A DNA stretch of 64,000 bases from Rhodosorus marinus CCMP1338 (GCA_029953675.1 JAMWBK010000009.1:1364001-1428000); one strand, 5' to 3'. Numbered from the stretch's first letter, positions 38,301-50,519 are shown. The notes: a model not told the origin generated them from the letters alone. Numbers and translations are program-made.

Positions 38301-39658
38301 ATGCGTTGCTGTCTTCTTTGCATATGCGTTCGTCGCAACAAGCGACGAACCACACGGGGACCAGTTCAACCGGAGAAAGAACGCCAAATTGTTCTGTTAA
38401 TGATAATAGTTGCGGGGAAGCGCGCAATTCTTGTCAGTTGCGACCAGGGCAGTGTCCACTGGAGATCATGAGAACTCACATCGTGCAAGATAGCTTCAGC
38501 GAAAGGTGCAGTTATCCTTTTCTCTATGTTCCAATCATTCGTTCGCCAAATAATTACACTCTTATCGTCCGACTGCGACGCTACAAACTTTCCAATAGGA
38601 TCCCAGGCGACTCCTTTCACAAGGCCTGGAGAAAAATATTGGTTGGCCGGTACCGAGGGTGCTGTTTGGTTTTGGGGTGTTGGTACCGCTTACCGTTGTG
38701 GCCTTCCAACTTGACGAGGGCCTTCTCTGTGCGCGCTGACCATACGATTACTGTGTTGTCCACCGACGCGGAGCAAAAGCGGTCTGAATCAGAACTCCAC
38801 GCAACATCCGTTATGTCACCTTTTAGAAGATTGCATGATGAAACTTTCAGATACTTTCTGGGGCAACAAGTGCTCAATGACCATGCTCATTCGTACCCAG
38901 GTGGGCTCTTAAGGGCTTCCTACATCTCCAGTTCTCAACATCCTCCTCTTGCGAACCGAAGGCTCCGGCTCTGCCCGCACCGGCAAGTCTTTCATACGTC
39001 AGGACGACACTATCATCACCTCCAGAGGCAAGAAAATGTCCTATTCAAAGAATCCAACAGTACGTCAGTCGAAGCCTTCCAACCTTCCGCAGGTATTCGA
39101 GCTCGGTGAACTATCGATGGAGACGGACGATTTCGTTCCATAAAAAACAAAGGACGTACGCTAGCCGCTTAGCTCGGGGATTTCACGCCCGCTACTTACC
39201 ATCTGGAGAGAACCTCACGCAATTAACAGCGCCCGCGTGATAAGCCAGAGTCGCCAGTAGAGCACCTTTCGGAATTTTCCCTCCACTCTTTTCACTCCCC
39301 TCCCCTGCCCCTGTCTGAAATGCAGAGAGGGTACCAGAACGTTAAGATGAGGCGCCCAATTGTGAAACGCCAGTAGGGTACACTGATAGGTTCCTAGGAA
39401 GAGGTAGGCAAATCTTGGTTTTGAGGATCAACGTACGACCAACACTTGCGTTCGAGACGGAACCGAATCGGAAGGCTTAGAAGCAGTCTTGAGGGATCCT
39501 GCCTTCACGAGATCCTCACAAGACCATATTCTGATCTTGCAGTCCTGTCCAGCACTCGCCAATCTCCCGCCGACGGCCTGAATATCCACCGAGAACACGG
39601 GTTGACTTCCCGACCCCTCAGCCCCGTGCTGGAGCCACGAGGGCCGAAAGAAAAACAT
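35340..39658 (-). CDS. HIRA: Histone chaperone HIRA (WD40 + B domain + Hira domain), multi-exon
   Basis: FRPSWLQHG...PVFSVDI...[14 protein letters not shown]; DITDVAWS.D...[11 protein letters not shown]; [25 protein letters not shown]; [11 protein letters not shown]; DFIGHREP; [15 protein letters not shown] (B domain); TVTHLETLM|[15 protein letters not shown]. Confidence 0.93.
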
Positions 39659-40674
39659 TCTTATGATATAGATAGCTACCTAAAGCTAGCCCGAAATTTC
39701 TCGAAACCAAGCCCCAATTCAAACCCACCGCCTCAAGACCGATACCACCACCTTAAATGGTCAGCTCTTCATCACGCAGTTATCAACGTCCACAAACTAG
39801 TCCCCGTTGTATGTACATCACCCAAGGCGCTCTCAAAAATCAAAGCACCACGAAATCCTTCAGATTTGTCACAAGCTCCACGCTTAAACCCCCACCCTTT
39901 CGCCCCTACCTACCAACAAAAGAGAAAAACCACGCCCAGATCTACTCAGCAACAGATACCAAACCCGATAAAACAAAATCAGCTCCTTCTACTTTTCGAA
40001 TAACACCCCAAATTCCTTCCACTCCTACTCCTCGAACACCGCCCGCCCATCACCTTTTCACCTTCACTCCTTCTAAACGCCTCCCCAAAAACAAAACCTT
40101 TCCTTCCTCCTCAACAAAACACCCCTAAAACCAAGAGTCCCAAAGTCTGAACTCTGGATTTTGCACTTCAAATAAAGTTCCTCTCTTCGTCCCAATTTCA
40201 TGGATCCGCGCATCAACACTTCTTTCCAACATTCAGCTTCCTAAGCCTCCCTAGATCTCTCTCACCCTCCCCGGCTCCCCCCTCCATTCGTAAAAAGGAT
40301 ACATTCACCATCTTCGCGAGCGGATCTATAATTTCCCGCGTATATCATGCGGAACTTCCTAGACAACGGAATAGAATAAAAACCAAATAGAAATGCATCC
40401 GAGATATATGTTAGGTCGTAATATAGCATGCATCCGAGTTGTTTTGTGGTACTGCTAGTTAAAGAGTGCTCGGAACTGGTTTGGGTTGGTGGCTACATAC
40501 ACAGCTCGGGTATTCGGAGGAGTCCGGGGGATGCAGAGGTTCGGGTTGGGAGGCGTGGTTTTTTTAAACCTGTAGACACTGGTGTGAGAAGGAATGAATT
40601 TTTGACGAATTTTTTTTGCAGGAGCGATAAGGGTAGAGGGGAGGTTCCGCCATACAAAAAAAAAACGGACTCGA

Positions 40675-42293
40675 TAAGGGGTTTGGATCTAGAGGTGCGC
40701 TACTAGGAGTGAGCGGGAAGAGTTCCTCGAAGTGTACTGCTCATCCACGTAGTTGTTCTGGAGCACTGTCCAATTGCATATCTCGATAATTCGCGACCGG
40801 ACTGTGCTCCAGGTACATGCCAACTACAGAAGGAGCTCTACACTCTTTGAAACCCCAATAGAGCGTCGTGCAGACCTTTTCACTTCTCTGAATTTCCTCT
40901 GGTGGCGTGCGAACGTCGGGTTCATGGTTCCAGGTGCGGGCGGGCGTAGCTCTGTTGGTTGCTTCGTAAGCGCCTGAAATTATCTTCGCGACGTGACGGG
41001 TTGGTTGTTGGGTTTCGTAAGTGTAAAGGGTTAACCGGTGATGCTGTGGGAATGGGTTGGAGTTCGTTTAGCCTAGAAATCGCTCGTGGAAATTTTCAAT
41101 TTTTTTGTGGTAGAAGCATTTACATGCGTTGAAAGCGGGTCGGCTTTTCGTAGTTAGCGTGGAGTGACTTCCTGTTTTGTTGCTCTTTCATGACGGCAGC
41201 TTCGTTTGAGGATGCTGAACGGAACAACGGCTGCGTGGGGAGTCCAGACCAACCATATCTGGATTGTTTCAGCGGTTGCATCCTGGATCTGTTTTAGAGT
41301 CCCTTTTTTGGACCGATGAGCGACGTGTGCTTCTAATGGCGTCTTTACGCGCCCCTGTCTCGTCGTGAGTTCATAACGGGCGCTGACTTTCTGCACAATT
41401 CAAAATAGAAAAACCCGCACAGTGAGTTTCGTGAGCTTGCTAACGTCACAGTCCAAATTCGCAGCTTCCCTACCGACCACTATGTGGTAAGCTATCACAT
41501 GTGACAAGCCACGCGGTCAAGCGAACAAGGTGTTCTGTGGAAGTCCACACTGGATTCTTGCCGAAGTGCTGGTTCCATTAGTTGTCCACATATGGATTCT
41601 TGCCAAACACAATGCCCTACAACGAAACACGAAACATCAAATCTCATCGGATCTGAAATTGCCAAAAACGTCTCCTGAAATCCCTAAGGGTTGCTATGGC
41701 AGCCAACTTAACAGGCGCTACGGGTCTTCTGATCATCGTACATCTACTCGCATGGGCAGTTGGAGAAGACCTATCGAAAACGGTTGCTACTAATTTTTCT
41801 TGATCATCCAACAAGATCTATTCCTACTCTGTTTAAAATGAATTCTTCGATTCCCAACGTGTTGCTAGCTCATCTCGGTTGATCGCATGAGGAGAACAAA
41901 TACGAAAAGCCGACCCGCTTTCAACGCATGTAAATGCTTCTACCAAAAAAATTTGAAAATTTCCACGAGCGATTTCTAGGCTAAACGAACTCCAACCCAT
42001 TCCCACAGCATCACCGGTTAACCCTCTACACTTACGAAACCCAACAACCACCCGTCACGTCGCGAAGATAATTTCAGGCGCTTACGAAGCAACCAACAGA
42101 GCTACGCCCGCCCGCACCTGGAACCATGAACCCGACGTTCGCACGCCACCAGAGGAAATTCAGAGAAGTGAAAAGGTCTGAACGACGCTCTATTGGGGTT
42201 TCAAAGAGTGTAGAGCTACGTGGATGAGCAGTACACTTCGAGGAACTCTTCCCGCTCACTCCTAGCAGCGCACCTCTAGATCCAAACCCCTTA
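40675..42293. repeat. Long inverted repeat (arms 40675-41152 and 41901-42293) around a unique spacer of about 750 bp
   Basis: The arms are reverse complements from taaggggtttggatctagagg to ggcttttcgta, with a few substitutions or 1-bp indels and one 83-bp indel. Both outer ends are TA. No transposase is visible. Confidence 0.92.
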
Positions 42294-42629
42294 CAACGAT
42301 TTCGAGAAACCTAAACTTGTAATCAAGTGCGTCAAATTCAATGACTCAGGAAGTGTGGTTCCCAGGACCCTTGTAAACGATCTCAAGGCCTCGATTGCGT
42401 CGGTGGCGACTGGAAGGAATCTGATACCCCGAAGTGATATCGCAGGACATTCAAGAGATCCCTGGTGAGTCCGTTTTGCTTTTCATTATGTACGATTCTC
42501 TTAGTTCCAATTTGCCGAGGTTTTTGTTTTGAGCTCACCAGACAGGACGGTGATCGAAGCATTGCCGGGCTCGTCTTTGAACGGTGCTAGGAAAGCAATT
42601 CCGGCGGTACTGCTCGTTTGGGCTGAACG

Positions 42630-44088
42630 ATGATAAGTTCCAGAATTGTTCATTTTTTATGCAGCGGACGAGGATGTAGGAGGTTTCTGTCGACGAGCGC
42701 AACTCTGCACCAGAAACTTGAACTGTTGGCGAAGAAAGATGCGGATGCGTATGAGGAGATCCAGACCACTATGGCGACTGAAGGTAAGCAACCACAGTTG
42801 AAACTCAGTCGCAGGATTCCAAAAGTTGAACCTGATTTTTGCTATGTCCGCTGCTCTCCACGCAAAACGGTAGGAGATGCCCGGAAGCTAGGGGATCTCG
42901 GCTCCACGGCCGGACGGTTGAAGGCAGTAGCTAGCGTCTTTCAGACACTCGAAAATTCTAGGAACGAACAGAAGGATCTAGAGGAGCTGGCGAAAACCTC
43001 AAATGATTCTGAATGGAAAGAGATAGCCGAAGCGGAGGTGAGGAGCTCGGGTGACTGGACAACCACAGTGATTGTTGCCCGAATCTCTGTTTGTGGAAGT
43101 TGATGGATTTGTGCTCTTACCGTCATTCTAGATGGCAGAATGGAAAGAGAAAGAAATGCTGTTGGAGAGGGAGCTTTTCGAGCTCATGGCCTCAAAGCTG
43201 GTCCCCGGTGACGGGACAGAGGAAGCGGAAAGCGCGATTGTGGAGCTGAGAGCGGGCACGGGGGGTGCTGAGGCAGCCCTTTTTGTTGAGGACATTCTGA
43301 ACATGTATATAGGATGGAGCTCACGACATGGAATGTCGTATGATATACAAACAAGTCACCGTGGACCAGATGGTAGGGGTTTTCGCGAAGTGCGCCTCGA
43401 AATAGATAGCAACTCGGCTTGGAACTTGCTTCGCAACGAGGCTGGGGTTCACCGGGTGCAGAGAGTGCCAGCAACAGAGGCATCAGGACGCATTCATACA
43501 TCTACAATGACCGTTTCCGTCCTTCCGTCCAGCCTGGGAGGAGTGGAGGAGGTGGAGATTAAAGATAGCGATTGCAGGGTCGACGTTTTTAGGTCTTCTG
43601 GTCCCGGAGGTCAGCATGTGAATACAACTGACACTGCAGTCCGCATTACGCACAGACCCAGCGGTATTGTCGTTCAGAATCAGGACGAAAGGTAAGGCGG
43701 AGATCATGAAAAACTTGCCGAGACAAAGGGTGAGCTCGAATTCACGAATATGTTCACTTTTCGCAGGTCGCTGGTTAGAAATCGGGCTTTGGCGACGGAG
43801 CAACTGCGACAAGCACTTCAGCAAAAGGCAGTCGCTCAAGCCTACGAGAGGATCAGAGACGAAAGACGAGCTCAACTTGGTTTCAACGCAGGAGAGCGAT
43901 CGGACAAGATACGAACGTATAATTTTCCGCAGTCCCGGATAACTGATCATCGCCTAACTGGTCTAAACATCAACACTCAGCTTGAAGGCATATTATCAGG
44001 TGGGGAAGCTCTTGACAATATACTGAGCGCACTCCAAAACAGATTTCGAGAGATTGAACTCGAAGCAGCCCTGGAACAAACCAAGTGA
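42630..44088 (+). CDS. prfA: Organellar (probably mitochondrial) peptide chain release factor 1, multi-exon
   Basis: AIVELRAGTGGAEAALF; EAGVHRVQRVPATEASGRIHTST; DVFRSSGPGGQHVNTTDTAVRITH (GGQ motif); ERSDKIRTYNFPQSRITDHR. The N-terminus resembles a presequence. Confidence 0.93.
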
Positions 44089-44766
44089 CCTCTGGTCGGT
44101 CACCGGTCCACCGACCATATACCAACTCGCGCGCCCACTCTCCCTCCCCCCTTTTCTTTGACGTTGCTTACTAGGAATATTCATTTAAAATACGCAACTC
44201 GCCATAATTTTATTTTATAAACACATATCATAAGTCAATTATCAAAAAATTCAAAATGGTTTGGTTTCTTCATCTAAATTGATTGGCTGAAAAACTCCGT
44301 CGGAACGGGGGTAACGCTTGTACAGTATAAATTAAAAAGAAAAACAGGTTGTTTCTAGTTTCACCAATCATTTTAAAAACGTGTTCTTAAATATCATAAT
44401 GATTGGATAATTAAGAAACGGGATACTATAATATCATCTTAAGTAATATGATTGGATAATTTAGTAGTAAGACCCTGAGCTCGCTCTCTTCAGAGGAGAT
44501 TTTTATATACAAAGAATGATATTGAAAATAAGAAGAAATTAGGGAGTGGGTTCTCCCGCGGTCGGGAAACCAATTTTGGGAGTATAAGAATGGGAAATGG
44601 ACGTTGGTACTACGGGTTGGGAGGAAGAGGAGGAGGGAGTGAGGGGAGTAAGAGGTATACGTTGTGGTAAATCTGGTAGATCTACTTGGTCTGTGATTCA
44701 GATTTCGAAGGAGGAAGAATCGGAGTGCGTGTTTGGGGTGTTTTTTTGTTGTTTTGGATTGAAAGA

Positions 44767-45770
44767 ATGGCTGGGTTTGTGGGGGTTGTATCTGTGGGGG
44801 GGAGGTCTGGATCTGGTCGTAGTGTATGTGAGAGGAGCTTGGCCAGGAGAGCGAGCGTTCGGGTAAACGTTTCGGCAAGTGTGGAATTGACTGAGCTGAT
44901 TGATGTGCTGGGTGATGATAGGGTGTACAAGAGAGACGAGGTTGGTTTGTCTTGGATCTAGGAATGGGAGTTCATGCTGTGTTGGGTGGATTGGTTTTCT
45001 GAAAGCGTTCGTGGCGTGTGTGCTCCTTTTTTTTGATTATTAGGCTATTGCGAAAATCGTTCAGAACAACGAGCCTGCTACAATTCCGTCCCTGATTGCA
45101 CTTCTCGGAGAACCGAAAGTTTCACTACGAAGGGCTGCGTGTCAGGCCCTCGGCAAACTTGGAGAAGAAGCTGTACCGGCCGTTGTGCAGCTTCTAGAGG
45201 AAGATGAATTGGTACCGGTCAAGCGAGCAACCGGCGTAAAGGTGCTCAATCATGTGTTTATGCAACATCCAGAGATGAGGGAAACTATTGCACAGGAGAG
45301 GGTAGACCTTGTTTATAAGCATCTCACCAGTTTTGATCCCGTTACCAAGCTTGCAGCTTCTATTTGCTTGGGGTTAATCGCCTCTCCAGGATGGGATAAG
45401 GCCAAAGGGGTGAGCATTAGCTATTGGAATATATCATCGCGGTTCTTATTCCTAAGCAGTTTTTGTGACCTTATGACATCGTTAGGAGCCAATCGAGGGC
45501 AACAGAAGCGTGAGGGAACTCCTGAAAGAATACGTTAGAACGTCTGACGATATCGCTATTCTCCCAACAGTCATCCTGTACTTGGGAGGATGTGCAAGGA
45601 GACTCGACCCAGACGATGCGGACGAAGTCTACAGGGTTCTAGAAGAAACTGCCTCCAGGCCTGACCTGGATGACATCATCAAGGAAGCGATCCTCACAGA
45701 ACTCGCCAAGAAGGACGGAAAAGACATGCCGTCACTGCAAGACCCACCTGCAGCAGCAATGGGGAGTTAA
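44767..45770 (+). CDS. cpeZ: Plastid-targeted CpeZ-like HEAT-repeat phycobilin lyase/chaperone, 3 exons
   Basis: MAGFVGVVSVGG transit peptide. ELIDVLGDDRVYKRDE|AIAKIVQNNEPATIPSLIALLGEPKVSLRRAACQALGKLGEEAVPAVVQLL...QHPE...FDPVTKLAASICLGLI parallels cyanobacterial CpeZ as I recall it. Confidence 0.7.
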
Positions 45771-46456
45771 GGAGGCTTGTCTACTAGAGCAGTAGCCTTT
45801 CCAGAATTCAACTCCAGACATCGACTAAGGGAGTATTTAGTTATTAGAAAAGCTAGGTGGATGTCCAAGACGCTCTTAGTTCCAGCAATTATCAATCCAG
45901 GATAGCTCATTCTGACATCTTGAGTCGAGTGAAGTAGACCATCGAATATTTTCTTTTGTACGGTAAAGCCAGAGACTTATCTTCTCCAGGCTGCTTCGAC
46001 GTGTTGCTAGCATCGTTGAACTTTGCACGGGGTGGACATGTAACGCCTGACCTTTCAAACTCCAAAGCTGAAACAAATACGAAGTAATACCAAATGGTTA
46101 GCTCCATTAACGAAGCTTTCCTTCCCTCCCGGGATCCAGTATGGCTCGTAATTCTCAGAGTAGGCGTACAAGGGTCGCAGCAGTTTTCCCAGCTTTGTCT
46201 TTAAGCCAGAATTACTTACTTGTAAAAAATTCACTGATTGTTGCTAGACCGACTAGCGGTTTTACCGTTTTTGAGTCGGTCGGTTATCAAAAGTTTTCGC
46301 GACTCCCGGTGCTCTTTCCCCCTTCGATGGCATCGCTGATGCAGGAGGACAGCTCGTTAGGGTGGGAGAAGTGACGCCCATACCGTCAAGCGGAAGGAGT
46401 TCAATCTCCAGTATCTTCTCGTTGATTGCTGCTTGCTTTTGCTCTCTACTCGAATA

Positions 46457-46761
46457 ATGGGCGAATCCGATTTCAAGATTTCGAGGCTCTTGGATGAATC
46501 TCTAGAGACAACCCTGAAAAGTGTAGGGTACGGTTTCTGCATTGGGACAGGAATTGCAGCGGTTTTGTTCCGTAAGTAAATGGTTACTTTTCCTCCTGAA
46601 TTGTATTCAAGAATCTTAAATTTAGTTTCGTATCCACTCCTGCAGGCGGGAAGTTGACGCGTTCGGCAGTTCTCGGCTGTGCGACCGGCTTTGCGCTGGG
46701 ACTCTCATATGCCAATCTGCAACATGATATTGACGAGATCCGAGGAGAGTCTGGAAGTTAA
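46457..46761 (+). CDS. MIC10: MICOS subunit Mic10, 2 exons
   Basis: MGESDFKISRLLDESLETTLKSVGYGFCIGTGIAAVLF|RGKLTRSAVLGCATGFALGLSYAN: two Gly-rich TM segments in about 76 aa. Confidence 0.8.
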
Positions 46762-47287
46762 AAACTTGATATCGTTGGCTTCAATGTACTAATGCTCCAA
46801 CAAGAGGTAAATACGAAACATAGGAAAGCAGGATTTCCAGAATAGCACTCGGGCCCTCGACGTCCTCCCGTGGTTACAGCATGTAATCGATGAAATTGGT
46901 GATAGTTCTGTTTTTGAGGCGGAAGGGTCGATTAGCTGCGGCTTTGTTTCAAATGAGTTTAAAGAAATGGTTCCCAAGCGGAAGAGGCAACCCGTTGTTT
47001 GTACAAGCAATTTGTAGCACTCTTCTGGCATGTTCTAGGACGCTGGAGCGCGTTGTATACCTGGCAGACCTGTACTCCGAGTGATGTCTGTCACTGAACA
47101 CCGTGCAAAAGGTGCAAGCACGAAGCTTGATGGACTTGGCCAACCACGAGGTGCATAAGAGGAAGAACCACGGGAAACTGACCTGTTTAGCAACTTCCCC
47201 AAAGCCATTTTTGGTTACTAGAAGAGCCTTTGGGTGTTCTACAGCAGTGCAGATGGCAACCCTTATAGTCAACACGCCTATCCGAAT

Positions 47288-47674
47288 TCCCCGCTCATGT
47301 CCGTAGGGCCATTGAATTACCGCTCCTCTGTTTTGAGCCCGAGACATTGAGAGACTTTGAATGCACCGTTGAGGGAGGGAACACTACAGGAGGTATATTG
47401 CCAGACCAAAGTGGGGTCCCCGCTCATGTCCGTAGGGCCATTGAATTACCGCTCCTCTGTTTTGAGCCCGAGACATTGAGAGACTTTGAATGCACCGTTG
47501 AGGGAGGGAACACTACAGGAGGTATATTGCCAGACCAAAGTGGGGTCCCCGCTCATGTCCGTAGGGCCATTGAATTACCGCTCCTCTGTTTTGAGCCCGA
47601 GACATTGAGAGACTTTGAATGCACCGTTGAAGGAGGGACACAACAGCAGGTATATTGCCAGACCAAAGTGGGGT
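47288..47674 (+). repeat. Tandem repeat, 3 copies (129, 129 and 128 bp)
   Basis: The unit tccccgctcatgtccgtagggcc...ccagaccaaagtgggg starts at 47288, 47417 and 47546. Copies 1 and 2 are identical by eye. Confidence 0.95.
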
Positions 47675-50519
47675 GACCCATGTCACTTCGGGGTCCATGC
47701 CCAGATATGGACATGACGAACCTAGGTGTAGCGCTGAGCACGAGGACAACCACATCTGTGAATCGCCAAAACCACGAGACTCAAGGGATGTTCTAAGACA
47801 GCCATCCATGGGAGGCACATTCCCTCAACCGTAGGCACTTCGCTTCCTGGCAACGGCTAGCCTGCGTTTATCAGTGGTTTAATACCCCCCATAGGAGGAA
47901 AGCACGGAAAAACAAACCTGCCCTCGCAAATGACTCTTTTTCACTTGTCGAGTATGAACACGGTACTGCCCTATATAGCTGTCAATGAAAATCCAACGTG
48001 AATATCCAACAGCTTGCACCACTCGGAAGGTCACTTTGCAGTGGAGACCAGTTCATCTTCCACAACAGCCTCGACTATAGTAGACTGTTTGTTTCAATGA
48101 CTTGACGACACGGGCGGTGAGGATCAGTAAGCCTGCGCGAGACCTGAGGAAAAACCCTGGCAATAAGAATCCGCGCTGCTGAATGCACGATTTCAACTAT
48201 CTCCGGGGAAGAAATTTGAGTACACAGGAGCTCATTGGAAGACATTGCCATTAAAGTCATTCACATCTGTCAAACAGCCAACGACAAAGCAGCTTGCGGA
48301 AGCAACGAGGTGAACCGCTGGAATCGCACGTCTAGCAGATATAAACAGGGAGGGGTAATTAGGCCGGTATCGAAATGTTCCGCCAGTGCTGAATCGAATC
48401 CTATTCAAAAACTAAACTCTCTACTCAACGGTTTGTGCGGTAATGCATTCCAATGGTTAAAATACTGATAGGAAGTCAAGTTATTGCCCCTCACGACAAT
48501 ACTAGATTGGGTGTGGGCGGCGGGGGGGGAGGTGGGGGAGGGGGATGGGTAACTAGCTCGGGGGTAAAACAATTGTACAAATGGAAATCAATTAGGTATC
48601 GAATAGAAGCCGGGTGGGGTTTGGAAATCGCATCACCCGAAACGGCGCCCTCTCAAAAATTTGTACGAGTGTTGTTGGGTCCGACATACCTGTTTGATAG
48701 ACAAATCTGATTGTTTCAAGGCGCGAAGCTTTTTGGGGATCCCTTCTGAAATACGATGTAACGGGGGTGGCGTTGTCGGGGGGAAGATCAGCCCTCAATA
48801 AAGAACACCTTTCGGGCTGCTGCAAGCTAAAACTGGGCAGCGATCGATGGCCAAAGCTCGATGCCATATATCTGGCCTTACCAATCAGATTCCTGCAACC
48901 CTCCGCCAATCCAATTTGATTATTTCTGGACGGTTCCTTAAAAGCTGCTTGCCAGGAAGCAATATAATTGGATAAATTCGTCGGTCGTGGAAAGTGTACT
49001 AACTTCCATTGGCTGCTCGTGTGGAGATTTCCAAGGTACCTCGTCGAGGACCAAGAATCTCGACTCCAAAATTTAGATTATTTTAGGGAGAGTTCGAAAG
49101 CAGAACCTTCAGTAGAAGCGATTGAGGTCTACTATATGGCACAGAATGATCATAAATAAGCCAACCGGTTTTAGAAGGGAAGTACGCCGGGACAAACCAA
49201 TGGCTGTTCAGGGGCCGCGCTGACGTTTGAAACTGCTAAATTGCTAATTTTTAGGATGTTCTAGGGACGTGAAAGCACAGGTGGATGCGTATTTCAGAAA
49301 AACGGCATCACGGAGATTCTTCAATCAATTTCAGGTTTTCCATTGACCAATGAAGCTTCTGTATTTCACCAGTACCAGCAACTTGACAATTTTGATTAAT
49401 TTGCTATAGAATTATCGTATTTAAAAAATCTGAAAAACCTTAATCGTTTTTGCCCTCAGAGTCGAGGCCCAGTCAATGTGACGCGTTTTTGCGAGGGAAG
49501 GGGGGTAAAAATAGCAATTCATTGCCTATTTGGACATGGGGTCAATTTAATTGTTTTCAAAAATAACTTCCTCCATTGCCGTCCGCGCTGAAACCCCGCT
49601 ACCCAGTCGAGTCCATAGCAAAATATCTGCCGGAGAATTGCAAGCAGAACGAACCCCTTGTCCCATCCTCGCAGTGCACATCAATCAAAATCAATTTGTA
49701 TTGCCGTTAAATACTATAAAAACGAAATAGCTTTCACAAAATATCACAAAGCAAATTCTAACTTGCGAATATAGCAGGGGTATGAAATTGTACCTATCAA
49801 TATACTTAGGAATACAATCGAAATTATTTCATCTCTATTTCTACGAGTTCCGTCAGATACTAGAGGGGTAAATTTTCTTCGAAGTGACAAGGCAGCGTGG
49901 AATTAACATATAGGACCGGAGCCTGTAGCCCTCGCGCAGACTCCCCCAAACCGTATTTTCAGATTTTCCTTTTTCTGTAAAAACGTGGATGATCGGCACG
50001 GCACAGGCTTGAGATCACACCAGGACCACATCCGCTTTTTTGAAAACTTATGAAGCTCTTTCGTGAGCTCGCAAAAAGGGGTGTTGCATTAGATCGACAA
50101 GTTTTGACATATTTCTAGGGGGGTTAAGGAGAATAGAGCTTCCAGTTATCGCTTATATTTATACATTGATATGATTATTTGGAGAGACCCGAAATTCTGG
50201 GGACTAGAGAATACTCCCTCGAGAGTTTTCCTCAGGGCCCCTAAAAGACTTGGAGAACTTTTTTTTGAGAATTTATGAGGTTTTTTTTTGTTCTTTGAAA
50301 AGGGTGGGTCTTGGCCGGAGGGAGCTATTTGCTTGCTTGAAAACGTCCAATTTAGGAAGGAGATAAGTTTAGGTCTTAAAGAGCAAGTTGACCGTGTAGG
50401 ACGACTGAGCGGGCTTGGAGAGGGTTTACAGGACCACGAGGGGGCAAAAGGTGAAGAGAGAGGCAGTACCGGCGAGGAGGGCTGTTAATATATATAATAA
50501 GCTTTTCCCGATTGCTAAG

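Noticed and set aside
38291-39109. 272-aa plus-strand ORF
   Set aside because: Antisense shadow of HIRA exons.
41543-41604. Imperfect direct repeat of about 20 bp (gtccaca..tggattcttgcc) in the inverted-repeat spacer
   Set aside because: Only two copies and no functional clue.
40675-42293. Autonomous DNA transposon
   Set aside because: No transposase-like ORF or DDE motif in the spacer. The flanks TAA/TTA are not a direct 3-bp duplication, so a Harbinger call is unsupported.
47288-47674. CRISPR array
   Set aside because: Contiguous 129-bp units with no variable spacers and no cas genes, in a eukaryotic context.
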